The notes under the pieces were generated by a model that was given only the letters and a program-made list of their open reading frames with translations, was not told the origin of the DNA and did no database searches. The position numbers and the translations under genes were made by a program. From positions 39,806,001 to 39,870,000 of the forward strand of contig OZ076409.1 in NCBI GenBank assembly GCA_964187785.1: a stretch of 64,000 nt of DNA, given 5' to 3'. This stretch comes from Amphiscolops sp. MND2022. Its lineage: Eukaryota. Below are positions 48,750 through 60,496 of the stretch, piece by piece; within the stretch, counting starts at the first letter, position 1; each line of letters opens with the position of its first letter.

Positions 48750-51250
48750 GCTTGGCTTATTTGAAACAAAATGGTTAACTCCCATCTGATCTAAACAAAG
48801 TCTTGGACGTGACCCTCATGAAAAATCAAAAGTTCTAAAGGACACTTTCTTCAGTGGGAGGCACCTGGAAGAAGAATTTTTTGACAATACTTTCTGTGAC
48901 TCTATGGACAAAAATCTGCGAATGATAAATGACCTGGAAAAAAAACGAAACCTATGAAAACGAATGGTATAATCGTGAAATTACTCTGGACGAGCTTGAT
49001 GGAGTCCTTGGTAATTTACGGAACGCATCCAGCTCTTTGGATGACGACAATCTTCACCCAAAAATGATAGTATTTTCCGGTCTATATTTCCGCACGGTTC
49101 GTATCACTTTGTTTAACTGGTGTCTTGTCACATCTGAATGGCCGTGGCCTGAAGCCCGTGGTCTCTTCATGGAGAAACCCTCGAAACCGGACTACATGGA
49201 CCCAACTGTCTACAGACCTCTGTCAATTACTAGCCGTATTGGAAAAATTTTTGAAAGTATTCTAAACAACTGTCTAACGGATTTCTTGATGAAAAATCAA
49301 CTGATCGACCACGAACAAGAAGGTTTGCTCGCGAACAGAAACACCACGAGATCATTATTCTGAATAAAAATTGAACACGAAAATCTGAAAAGGCGGAAAA
49401 AAGTTGCGACGTGATAAACTTAAGTTTGCAAAAAGCTTTCGACAGTGAGTGGCAAAACTGACTCCTAGCAAAGCTATGGACTGCTGGTATTCGGGCTGTT
49501 TCTTCCGTATTATTGCGACATACCTTAAGAGTGGACTTCAATGAACAAAAATTGATGGCTGGCACAGCCAAGTTTTCACCCCAAAACAAGGTCTTCCTAA
49601 AGGGAGTGTGATTTCACCAACACTAATCAGTTTTTACATAGCCGACATGCTCAAAACAAGCTATGGAGTGAAGTTCAAGTATGCTGACGACTCTCAGTTC
49701 CTTGTCACGGCAGCTAACGAGGAAAGTAGTTCAACACATCATTCAAAGGACCCTAACAACTGTACAGCAATGGTACCGCCCGTGGCGCCTGGAAAAGACC
49801 GATGTTGTACTCATTAACGGTATAGCGCCATGCGTTCAAACCTTCTACCTCGGCAATCAGAAATGTAAAGTTAAGAATAACACCAAAATTCTTGGAATAT
49901 TGTTGATGAAAAAATGACTTTCAGACAACATACCCAATCTGGTATAGGTAGGGGCAAAAACAAATGGAAAGAGCATCGACTGTCTTGCACGAAAAAATGG
50001 AGTTTATCTAGGCGAACTTTAGTTAGTTTGTACAAACCACTAATCCTCCCTCAAGTTCTTTATTGCGCTCCTGTATGGACACTGATTAACTACAACAGAC
50101 TTAACAGTTTCCAAGGCTTCATATTAAGCGACATTATGGACACAACTCAGAACCCGCACTCCAAAGCTGCGGAAGTTTTTCTCGCTACTACCAATCGACA
50201 TTATATGAAAATATACCCGTCAAGTTCATGACTAAAGCACTCACATCAACAGACAAACTGCAACGATTGATACTGGAGAACCAGCAACGCCTCAACTTTG
50301 TAACAATCCACTCTAACTGTTTGAAGCAGTTTTACAACAATAGGATTCTCGAACTGACTGACCTTCTGAATTACACAGGCACAACCCGTCGATTTGATAT
50401 CTTTAGACGATGGAATGACCGAAGAGGAACAAAATGGACTTCGATACTCACCTTAACATTCTTGTCCCTAGAAGAAAAATGGAGTCAATGTTAGGGTGGG
50501 GTATTTTGGATCGGATTTTTATGTGAGCGAAAAGCGAGATCGAAAACGTATCGAAAGGTTTGAGATCGAATTGTTACGTTTTTGCTATTATTTTGCTCCT
50601 GCAAAGCGTTCAAATTATTTGAGGTACTTTTCTGCACCTAATATGGAGTCATATACGGTGTATGCACGCTCGCCCTCACCGTTGCAAAGACCAGCTCCCA
50701 CTACGATCGCGTCGCGATCTCCGTTCCCGCTAGGTCTTTGCTCCTGTTCGACCTCGCTTAGCAAGATGGGAACATAAGCGGCCCCAAGGTGCCGCGGGGC
50801 ACTAGAGGAAATGGGGGCATATCCGACGCCGAAAAACATTGTTGTTTGAGAACGCTAGGTATTTGAAAACATTGAGTCGATCTCATTTTCTTTCACCATT
50901 TTACTTCGATCTCAGTGACAGATTGCATAATCGCGCAAACTCATTCGATCCAAACACCCACCGCCAGTGTTAATTCATGCCACGAGATCCAAAGAGCAGT
51001 TGCAGATAGAATTGGAACTTTTACTTGATACCTGTCCTACAATAAACAACTTTGCCTACAACAGGAGCCTAACAGCCAGTCCGCTCTGCTCTTGCGGAAG
51101 AAATGAAGTGACTGTGATATACTTTCTTTTTTACTGTCAGCTTTATGAAAACAGAGAATTGTCTACGGAAAAACTCCACATTCACGACTGGGAAGACTAG
51201 TCGACACTTGGTAATTGATATACTTCTAGTGGGCAATTTGCACTCGAAGG
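48750..51250 (+). mobile_element. Degenerate APE-type LINE ORF2 (RT and C-terminal CCHC region)
   Basis: YRPLSITSRIGKIFESIL, KAFD, KYADD, CSCG..E...FLFYC; related to the LINE at 53.9-58.5 kb. Confidence 0.8.
50494..50963. mobile_element. Mini-element with gggtggggtattttggatcg arms carrying core A (reverse orientation), inserted in the LINE
   Basis: Degenerate TSD tcaatgtta/ccagtgtta; core at ~50657-50805. Confidence 0.75.
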
Positions 51251-51889
51251 AAACGATATTGCTACTAACGAGACATCAACCTTGGAGGTTGACCCATCCA
51301 ACGAACAACAAACTGAGCTAGCAAACAAGTGAACCGATATATTTATCTTTTCTAGTCTATTGATGTATATATCTAGTCTTCCACTGTAAAAGGATCTCAA
51401 TCAGTTGACTAGTCGTACAATTTTGATTGTTTTTGCTTTTATGTGCCGAAATAGAGTTATTGATTATGTCGTGCCAATTATTTCTTTACTTCTGCTAAAA
51501 CTTCCACGAATCAGAAGGTTTTGTAAAATTTCAAGGCTGCTTTTGGCACTGATATTGAAATTCAGTCCAAGCAAAGAATAACAGTAACGTCTGAAAATTT
51601 TTCGTTGTCAAAAGGGGATAGAAGCAAAGGTACGGTCCAGTCAGATGGCATCGGTTAAAAATACCAACAAGACGGGAACCTCTAAAGCCGGTGCCATATC
51701 CAATGCTCAAAAAGCTCAAACTTTTTGAAATTGTAAAAGGGGTTTTTTGGGTTTTTGAAAATCCATTTTGTTGCGGTGTGTAACGTTTCAAACTTCGGAT
51801 ATAGCGTGCTGGCCCACATGGGAGCGCTTTTTGAACCTCCGCCTCCTCTTTCGTAAAACGGAATATAATTCGGAGATGACATCAAAAAT

Positions 51890-52620
51890 TCGGAACTAAT
51901 TGCGCTTTTCTCAAACAGGAATTAGAACTAATTTGTTTCAGGAATTGGAACTAAAAACAGGGATTAGAACTAATTCGTTACGGGAGTTGGATTTAAAAAA
52001 GTGGGAATAAGACCTTGAATGTGGAATGAGGCCCAAGATGAGAACGAAATTTTATCTAAAGTAATAATATCTAAAGTTTTTCGAAGTATCAAACCTCTGA
52101 TTTTTCCCCATTACTAGTGTCCCGCTGGTTCTTGGGCAGGGGTTGGCAATCAATTATAGGGTATTCAATTAATTGCAATTATTGGTAGCAATTAATTGAT
52201 CGGTATCGTTTTTCAATATCAATTTTTGATTGACGTGTGGCAATTATTGCAAATGTTTAAATATACGTTTAAAAAATGTTTAAAAAATTGGAAGACAATT
52301 TGTCGAAAATACTTTTACGAGAAAAGTACGGATAGTGATGATTGGATGTGTGGCTGTGGAAAATAGTTGAAGAAGAGGCACGAGACTGGTTGGACTAACC
52401 TCTATGCCCATCCAAGCGTTCAACATGATGTTCCTTTGAGGCCGCTTATGTTCTCATCTTGCTAAGCGAATTCGAACAGGAGCAAAGACCTAGCGGGAAC
52501 GGAGATCGTGAAGCGATCGTAGTTGGAGCTGATCTTTGCGACGGTGAGGGCAACGTGCATACACCGAATATGCCACACAGAAGAAAGTACTGATCTTTTT
52601 GTGAGACATTTACGAAAGTT
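51890..52620. mobile_element. Element with a gaactaa-motif arm carrying core A split by a caggggttggc hAT-like fragment
   Basis: ctagtgtcccgc at 52114; the rest of the core at ~52440-52578. Confidence 0.55.
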
Positions 52621-52753
52621 AAACTTATTTTCTTGAATGAAATGATTCGAGATCCGACTATTTTATAAAATCAATGGGAGGAAAAATATAATGATTGTAT
52701 CAATTTTATGTTGTTCAATTGTGTTACCTTATATTCGTACTACTTTCATGTTC

Positions 52754-53095
52754 GGGTCAGGGACATTTCGTCACAAGCCATTTGGGCGACAATATGGCGT
52801 CGGTCACATGGGCGACAAAAGTGTCGACCAAATGGGTTGATCAAACTGATCAATTAACTAATATATAAAGAGGTTAGCATATTTGTTGTATGACTCGGTC
52901 GCTTCGATCCCTTCCCCAAGTAGCAACATTGAGGCATTGCCATATGGCACGTCGCTCCGCTTCGCTTCGCACCTGCATCTAGGGTACTAGGGGTATGTGA
53001 ACATATTTGACGGGACATTCGGCCGACATTACTGTCGCCCAAATGGGCATTCATTTTTGTCGCCCAAATGGCTGGTGACGAAATGCCCCTGCCCC
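52754..53095. mobile_element. MULE-like mini-element (gggtcagggacatttcgtcac arms) carrying core B
   Basis: Perfect 9-bp TSD ttcatgttc; core B at ~52878-53005. Confidence 0.85.
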
Positions 53096-53695
53096 TTCAT
53101 GTTCCACGTTTCCAATTTGCGTTTTGTACCATGTTTTTATCGGATTCCGGACGTTTCGGCAAAAGACGCTTCGGCAAAAACATGGCGTCGGACGTTTCGG
53201 CAAAAAAATATGCCGAAACGTCTCAGGCTAAAAGCATTTGCCGAGACGTTTCGTATGATATGTGGGGCATATCCGGTGTATGCACGCTCTCCCTCACCGT
53301 CGCAAAGACCTGCTCCCACTATGATCGCTTCGCGATCTCCGTTCCCGCTAGTTTTTGCTCCTGTTCGACCTCGCTTAGCAAGATGGGAATATAAGCGGCC
53401 CCAAGGGGATGCGGGGCACTAGAGGAAATGGGGACATATCCGAGGCACCTTTTATGCTTCGCATCATTCCTACATTATTGGTCTCATCGTTTTTCTTGGG
53501 TGGGCGGAAATAGGTCGAAGGAACGGATCGAAAATCAGAGTTAGTCCTTAGGTCGACATACCAAATTTTTGAATGGGATCGAAACAACTCGGATCGAAAT
53601 TTTTATAACGTAGTCAGAAATGTTCACATACCCCTAGTGCCCTGAATGCAGGAGCGAAGCGAAGCGGAGCGACGTGCCATATGGCCATGCCTCAA

Positions 53696-53895
53696 NNNNN
53701 NNNNNNNNNNNNNNNNNNNNNNNNNNNNNNNNNNNNNNNNNNNNNNNNNNNNNNNNNNNNNNNNNNNNNNNNNNNNNNNNNNNNNNNNNNNNNNNNNNNN
53801 NNNNNNNNNNNNNNNNNNNNNNNNNNNNNNNNNNNNNNNNNNNNNNNNNNNNNNNNNNNNNNNNNNNNNNNNNNNNNNNNNNNNNNNNNNNNNNN
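53696..53895. other. Assembly gap (200 N)
   Basis: Run of N. Confidence 1.
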
Positions 53896-56800
53896 ATGAA
53901 TAGCGGGAGCTGTGAGTTTAACATGGATTCGGCGAGGTTTCCAAAGTTGAATTTACTCCGGATTTCTTCGTATCTGGGACATTCTAATATGAAGTGGTGA
54001 ACAGATTCTACGTTTGATCCACATGGACAGCGTGGGGATTCGGTTAACCAAACTTTGTATAGAAAGCCGTTGAGAGGGCAGTGTCCCGTTAGGAGTCGGA
54101 AAGTGTTGACTTCATTTTCTCTAGAGTGTGTCGTGAAGAGGGAGCGCGGGGGGATGTGGAAAATTCTTCTGAGGTGCGAGTCTTGGTACAGCCAGTAATT
54201 TACCCACAGATGGTGTTCATATCTATTGATATCGGATTTTCTGTATTGGAACGTATGTACGTCAATCTCGTCCAGTTCGAGGCGGTGGCTTGATCGCAGA
54301 TTGTTTTTGAAGGCTAGGAAGCGTTTGAGTATAGTGACATCATTGTTAATTTTAGGGTTGGCTGTGTTGGGATCGAAGATGGTATGTTTCAGATTATCTC
54401 CTTTGACGTAGAGTTTGGCCAAGAATTTTGCGGTTAACAGTTCGATTTGGATTTTAATGGTTTTGATGTCGGTGAGGAGCTCAAGGTCACAATTTGCCGG
54501 GTTGTAGAAGGATCCAGTTGCTGAGTATAACCATGCTCTTTGCAGAGTGATCAGAGGGTCGAGATTGCAATCGGACAGGGCTGAGACTCCGTATAGGATT
54601 TTTGGTAGTGTGAATAATTTGTAGATTTTGAGGATTGATCTTGCGGTGAGTCCGGAGTATGGGCTGCAGAACTCTTTTATCCTGTTGAGATCAGCCCATC
54701 CTTTGCCCGCTGCGGATGTCACTTGTTTCTTGGTGTTGCCTACAATAGTTCCCACTATGATGATATCGTCTTTTAGTACCTTAGTTCCTTTGACTAGGAA
54801 AGTTTCTTGTTCCTTCTTTTCGGAGGGAATGAAGTTAACTGGGAGGAATGCTGTTTTGGATGTGTTAATATTGATCTGGTTCTGATGACACCAGGCAAAG
54901 AGTTTTTCGAGAGTACTTGATGAGTAGCTCATGACTTCGGTTGTATTTTGTGCGGTTAGTAAGATTGAGGTGTCATCTGCGTATTTGTAGACTGAGGCTC
55001 GAGGTTCATTGTCGAGAAGGTCTGTAATGAAGATTATGAAAAACAAAGGCGAGAGGATGCTGCCTTGAGGTAGTCCTATTTGACAGGGTAATTCTTCGGA
55101 GATGAAGTCGTCAAGGATGATCTGTATCTTCCGGGTGCTGAGGAGATTATTGATAATGCCAAGAAGATCTCCCTTTATGCCGGCGAGATGAAGTTTAGTT
55201 ATAAGAATGTTAGTATTTACGCTGTCGAAAGCTTTTTCAAGGTCTATGCTTATCAACATTCCCTTGAGGTTGCTAGTCGTTACCTCTCTCAAGTCAGTGA
55301 AAATTTTGTATAGGAGTCTGGAGGTGCCACGTCCTTTTCTGAAACCTTCCTGATTGTCATCCAAGTAATTATTTATCGAGATTATCGATAGGACTTTCTG
55401 GCTAAGGATCGATTCAAGGATTTTCCCTACAAGGGTGATGGGGCGGTAGCTCTTTGGTTCAAGGTAGTCTTTCTTTCCGCTCTTAGGAATGAATATCACT
55501 TTGCCTTTTTTCCAGACCCAGTGTTGTTTTTGGATGCAGCAGTTGAACAGATGAGTCAGAATAAGTGAGAGACTGGGACCAGAATAGCGAAGCATTTTTG
55601 GGTGGAAACCATCAATATCAAGAGATTTGTTGTTGCTTTTCACTTTCCGTAGTGCTTCTTCAACGTCTGAATGCGAGATTAAACATGCTCCCATCGCGTG
55701 GGAGTTTTCTGTCAGTGCACGGCTGGCCGATAGATAGTTCTCTATATTGCTTTGGGTGGAAAAGTTCTCTGATGCTAGGTGTTCGCCTGTAAAGAAGGAC
55801 TTTCGCAGAAGGTCACTTTTCTCTTGGGGGTTAAAAAGAATCTCGTTTTGATCGTTTTTGAGGGGGCCCATTTTCGATTTGTCGCGGTCGAGAGGTGTAG
55901 TTTTGTATCTTTTCCAGAAGTTAGTTGTGTCTGCTTTGTTAAGATGATCGAGGTAGCGTTGCAGCCAAGAGTTATGAGCTGAAATTATCTCCTCTTTGAA
56001 AGCATCTTTGCTTTTCAAAAGTTCCTCTAAGTTTTCTTGATTATTGCGTTTTCTGTAGGCAATTTTATTTCGTCGAAGAGTTAGAGAGAATTCTGATAGC
56101 TTGCTGTTCCAAAAAGGCTTGGAGTAATTTGACAGTAATTTAACTGGAATAGTAGTGTCGACTGTTCGTATAAGAGCTGATTTTGTGATATCCCAGATTG
56201 TCTCAGGGTCGTCACTTTCGAGGATTCCGTCGAGTTCGGCGGTCAGGTTATCTTCTAGAGCAGTTTTCCAGACGGTCCAGTCGGCGTTGTCGAAGTCTTT
56301 CTTAATTTGTCTAACAGTTTGGCATTTAGAGAAGAGTCTCCAAGACCAGATGATTGGATAATGCCCCCTGCGGGGTGCGCCTGAGAAAAGTTCAGCTCTG
56401 GCCGTTGACCGATACAAATGTTGGCCCATTCGGGTGACTAATGTTCAGATCGTGGTCCTGGAGCAAATTGAAGAGCATGAGTCCGTGTTTGTTCGTCGAA
56501 TGATCAGACCAGGCAGGGTGTCTTGCATTGAAGTCTCCCAGGATTAATACACCGTCTAAAGAGTTACTGCTGACAAATTCCCGACATTTAGACAGGATAC
56601 TATCAAGCATTTTCAATTGTTCTGGATTATCTGGGGGAATGTAAATGCTTGCTACTAGTAATCGAGTATTCTTGTCGCTCGCTAGAACGAATACTGCGTC
56701 GATCTTGTCATTTCAAGGGACGTAACTTCAGCTGAGCTAAGGTTGTCGTGTATTGAGAGGCTCACTCCCCGCCCGACTTTGGATGCGAAGGTTGAGTAGG

Positions 56801-58516
56801 TTTTGAAGTGATTTTTACTCAGTAACCTGGTTGTTTCGCAGATGGCCAGTATGTCAATGTTGTTTTCGAAAACGTATTGTTCGATTGCAAGCTTCGAGTG
56901 CGTGGAAAGGCCGTTTATGTTGATGAGCATAGATTTGATGAAGTTATTTGTGCTAGTCATGATTAGTGTTATTCAACCATTGCGGGATCTCTAGCTGGCA
57001 GAGTTTGAACAGTTTGACTAGAGTTTTCCTATATACAGGGCAGTTGCTACTGTAGCTGACGTGACAATGGTTGCAATTTGAGCATTTAATATCTTTGCTG
57101 TCGTCACAATTGTCGCTAGAGTGTCCATTTTCACCGCAGCGTGAGCATTTCGTTTCTCTGTTGCACAATTTGGCACTATGTCTAAATTTTTGACAGTTGA
57201 AACAACGGATAGCTCGGGGTTTCTCAAAATATTCCTCTGCAGAATAGTGTCGGTTTCCCAGGAAAATTCCGTCTTTGAGGGATTAACTGAACGAGGGTTT
57301 ATCTGGCATGGTGATAAAGGCTGTTTTGAGGACGGTGCCATCTTTTTTTACGAATCGTTGGAAGGAGCAGTTTGGATAGTCGTTTTGCAATAAAGCGATG
57401 ATTCTTTCATCTGTTCCTTCTTCGTCGCAATCTTTGATGATGACACGGTTTGCAATTGTTTTGGAGCGGCGAGCTCGTGTGTCCTCTCCAAGGCATTTGG
57501 ATTTCCAGCTATCGATCATTGTTTGAGCGGTCGCCGCATCTTCCAGATGAAGAAAGACTGATCCGTTCGCGAGTGCTAATGCCTGTTTTATTTTAACTCT
57601 GGGGTAATGGTTCGAGATTTCCCTTTTGATGGCCGAGCTTGACTTAACAGCTTCTTTCATTGTAACGATCTCGATTATGACAATGTGGTTGTTGTCAGCC
57701 GATTTGATATTGACTCTGGGACTCTCTGTGGGGCTGGGCTTTGGGGGTGGTGGCCTGACAAGAGGTTTGGCTTTGGGTTGGGTTACCTGTTGGCTAATGT
57801 GCGAAGGAATGTTTTCTCGACTTGATTCCAGTGATTTGAGAGTGGGGACAACCGTTGAAGGGATTTTACTGACTTCAGCTTTGATTTCGGCGGTCACTTT
57901 GCTTTGAGTAGCTTGTTGAGATCTGACAGTTTCGATTTTGCCTTCGATGTGCTCGGCGTTGGGTTTGGATTGACTTTTCAGCGATGGTAGGCAGGTTTTG
58001 CAATACCAATAGCAGGATTCGTACTTTCCCAGCACAGTAACGTGTTCGGATTTCAATTCGGTGCATTTTGTGTGGAACCTTTTTTCGCACATCTCACAGT
58101 TTATGCTCCTCAAACGCTTTGCTACACTTTTTGCACTTGGACATTATTAAACTTACTGTTTTTCTAACGGAAGCCAGCGGAATCGGAACCCCGACAGGCC
58201 TCAGTCAGAAATTAACAGAAAGTGTGTCTACTTTGACCGTTTTGCGCCCTCTGGACAATTTACTGTAGTATACTACAGACAAAAAAGGCACACGACTCGT
58301 GATACCTAAGGTCTGGAAAAGACTATGGGTTTCTTGAAAGCCAACTTAGGTACTGTCTCTTGCGGTCTTCGGGCAAACTCGTCCACTTTCTGCCTCTTTC
58401 TGGAAATCTTTAGATAAGAGGCAACCAACACCAACAACAAACAACAGCTGAAGCTATTTAATAAGTTTATCACAACAATTAGGCTGGGGACAAACAATCA
58501 CAAACAATCACAACAA
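53896..58516 (-). mobile_element. Near full-length APE-type LINE: ORF1 (PHD plus three CCHC knuckles, ~58144-56953) and ORF2 (APE, RT, CCHC; 56960 to the gap), with frameshifts
   Basis: ININGL, ICET, GDFNARH, YRPITL, IDLEKAFDSV, GLPQGSILSP, YADD, CPCG..ESVHHFILEC. No RNase H motif seen; clade not determined. Confidence 0.92.
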
Positions 58517-58750
58517 TTCGATCAAAAGGTTCGACCTCTGTCCTTTCTACCAGAAAAGTTCGACCCATTTACAGCCACCCGTTTTTCTTCAATTCCAGAA
58601 TTCTACAAACTGGTATTCTACAAGCTGGACCTAACCAGTTTGTAGAAAACCAAAAACAAAACCAAGATAATACGGGACGTTTCGGCATGAAAAATTTGCC
58701 GAAACGTCTCGAGTTTTTTTTTTGCCGAAACGTCCTGTTCCCTTTTTATC

Positions 58751-59201
58751 GGCTTCCGGTAATAAAGTCGAATTTTGACTCGTCGAATGAATAACGTCGA
58801 ATGAATAGCGTAGAATTTAGTCAAACAGAAAATTTTAGGTTGAAAAAATATTTGAGGTTCTTTTCCCCACCTAGTATGGGGTCATATACGGTGTATGCAC
58901 GCTCGCCCTCACCGTCGCAAAGGCCAGCTTCCACTACGATCGCTTCGCGATCTCCGTTCCCGCTGGGTCTTTGGTCCTGTTCGTTCTCGCTTAGCAAGAT
59001 GGGGACATAAGCGGCCCCAACGGGCCGCGGGGCACTAGAGGAAATGGGGCATATCCGACGGCCAAAACATTGTTTGACCATTTTACATTTGCAATGACAT
59101 CGACGCAATTACTTCGACATAAGCCCGTCGACGATGGTACTTCGACGCTAGTTAAACGGTTCAAATTCGACTTTAGTCGTTCGACTTTATTGCTGGACAC
59201 T
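58751..59201. mobile_element. Mini-element with ggcttccggtaataaagtcgaa arms carrying core A (reverse orientation)
   Basis: 22-bp imperfect TIR flanked by (c/g)tttttatc; core at ~58889-59038. Confidence 0.75.
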
Positions 59202-59807
59202 GTTTTTATCAGCTGCGTTTTTTTCCTATTTCAATTAGTCCTATTTCCATTAGTTCTGAGGCGGCACTAAGAAGAATTAGTTTAGTCCTTTAAAATTTCC
59301 ATTAGTCCTATTTCAGTTTTGATCATTAGTCATATATATTTGAAAGATCGCCCAATTCAAGTGTCTGAAATTGATTGTCCTAGAAATAGTGTCTTTGATA
59401 ATTAGTGGAATACTTGACGCGATCAGAACCTCTTACACTGAAATTGATCGCGATGATGATGTGGTGATTTAACAATTGACCAATGACGATCATGTCGAGA
59501 AATCTTTCAACTTCATTTCGAGATGTTCTTCTTGTAGCTCTATTCAATAGTACTTCTATCTTAGCAGGATTATGAAAACACGGACAGTTGACAACTCGAT
59601 TTTTTTAAAAATTGTTCATAGAGTCTGATTTTTTTCATAGAAGAATTTTCCAATGACAGTCGTTGAACACGAGTGTTTACTATCATTCGATAAATGCTCA
59701 GTGTGCATTCGAAAGGGGCTGTTCTGCCTTGTAGATTAGAATCTTCATGTGAAGGCCATCGTAGCCTTATACAATGCGGAGGTAGACCAGACGAGACTTT
59801 GAGCAAA

Positions 59808-59966
59808 GTGTGATTGGCTGTCTAATGATTTGAGAAGCTTATTAAACCTTCGGCACCACGTCGCTTTTAAAACTTATACTCATTATGTTATCTCTATATA
59901 TCAATTGTGCTTTAACTCCATTGCATTGAAATTTTCAGTGGACACAATTTCGACCAATCGAATACG
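59808..59966. promoter_or_regulatory. Putative promoter upstream of TLK with two divergent CCAAT boxes
   Basis: gattggctg at ~59812 and gaccaatcg at ~59952 in non-repetitive DNA ~550 bp before the TLK ATG exon, which itself starts at an acceptor (ttttcag|AAATG). Confidence 0.35.
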
Positions 59967-60496
59967 TAGAGTTTGTTTGATGATACGTGTTTTTATTTTT
60001 CTGCTTTTTGGTCTATGAGATGATCTTTTACCGTACGTTTCATCATTTGACTTCATCCCAAAAACTTAGAACTTTTTGAAATTATTTTTCGAAATATTTA
60101 TTTTCAGTCGGCGCTTCAGAGAAAGCCGACTAAAGTAATGGCTTTTTTAAGAACAGTGAACTGACAGATTTCATTAAGTTGCTTCGACTGTAAAGCAACG
60201 TGCATGTGCGTAGGTTCGAATCCTAGTATCGACAATCTGATTTTCGCAGCAGTAAACGAGACCAAAAAGAAGGTCATTTTTTTCAAAGTTTGATGTTTCC
60301 AGTTCAGAAAAACTTCGAGTCTCAAGGGTCACCCCTTCGAATAGTGTTTGGCACTTTATGGTAATTGAAAAGTTACACAATAGTTGTCCCTTGAGTATTT
60401 CAAACCGGTGAATTCTTTTTGAACCAGTGAATTTTCATAGCAAGTTATAACTCCCTTATAATTGAGTATTTGACAATTCCACGGACTTTTTCAGAA

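Larger units (their letters stand above)
53498..58580. mobile_element. GGGTGG-family mini-element carrying core B, interrupted by a LINE and an assembly gap
   Basis: 9-bp TSD gtttttctt (53489-53497 and 58581-58589); arms match 34313-34661. Confidence 0.75.
53142..58742. mobile_element. Mini-element with ggacgtttcggcaaaa arms carrying core A, expanded by nested insertions
   Basis: 8-bp TSD tttttatc (53134-53141 and 58743-58750); core at ~53262-53422. Confidence 0.7.

Noticed and set aside
53634..53903. ORF extensions through the N run (the 931-aa ORF tail and poly-X ORFs)
   Set aside because: Artefacts of translating the assembly gap.
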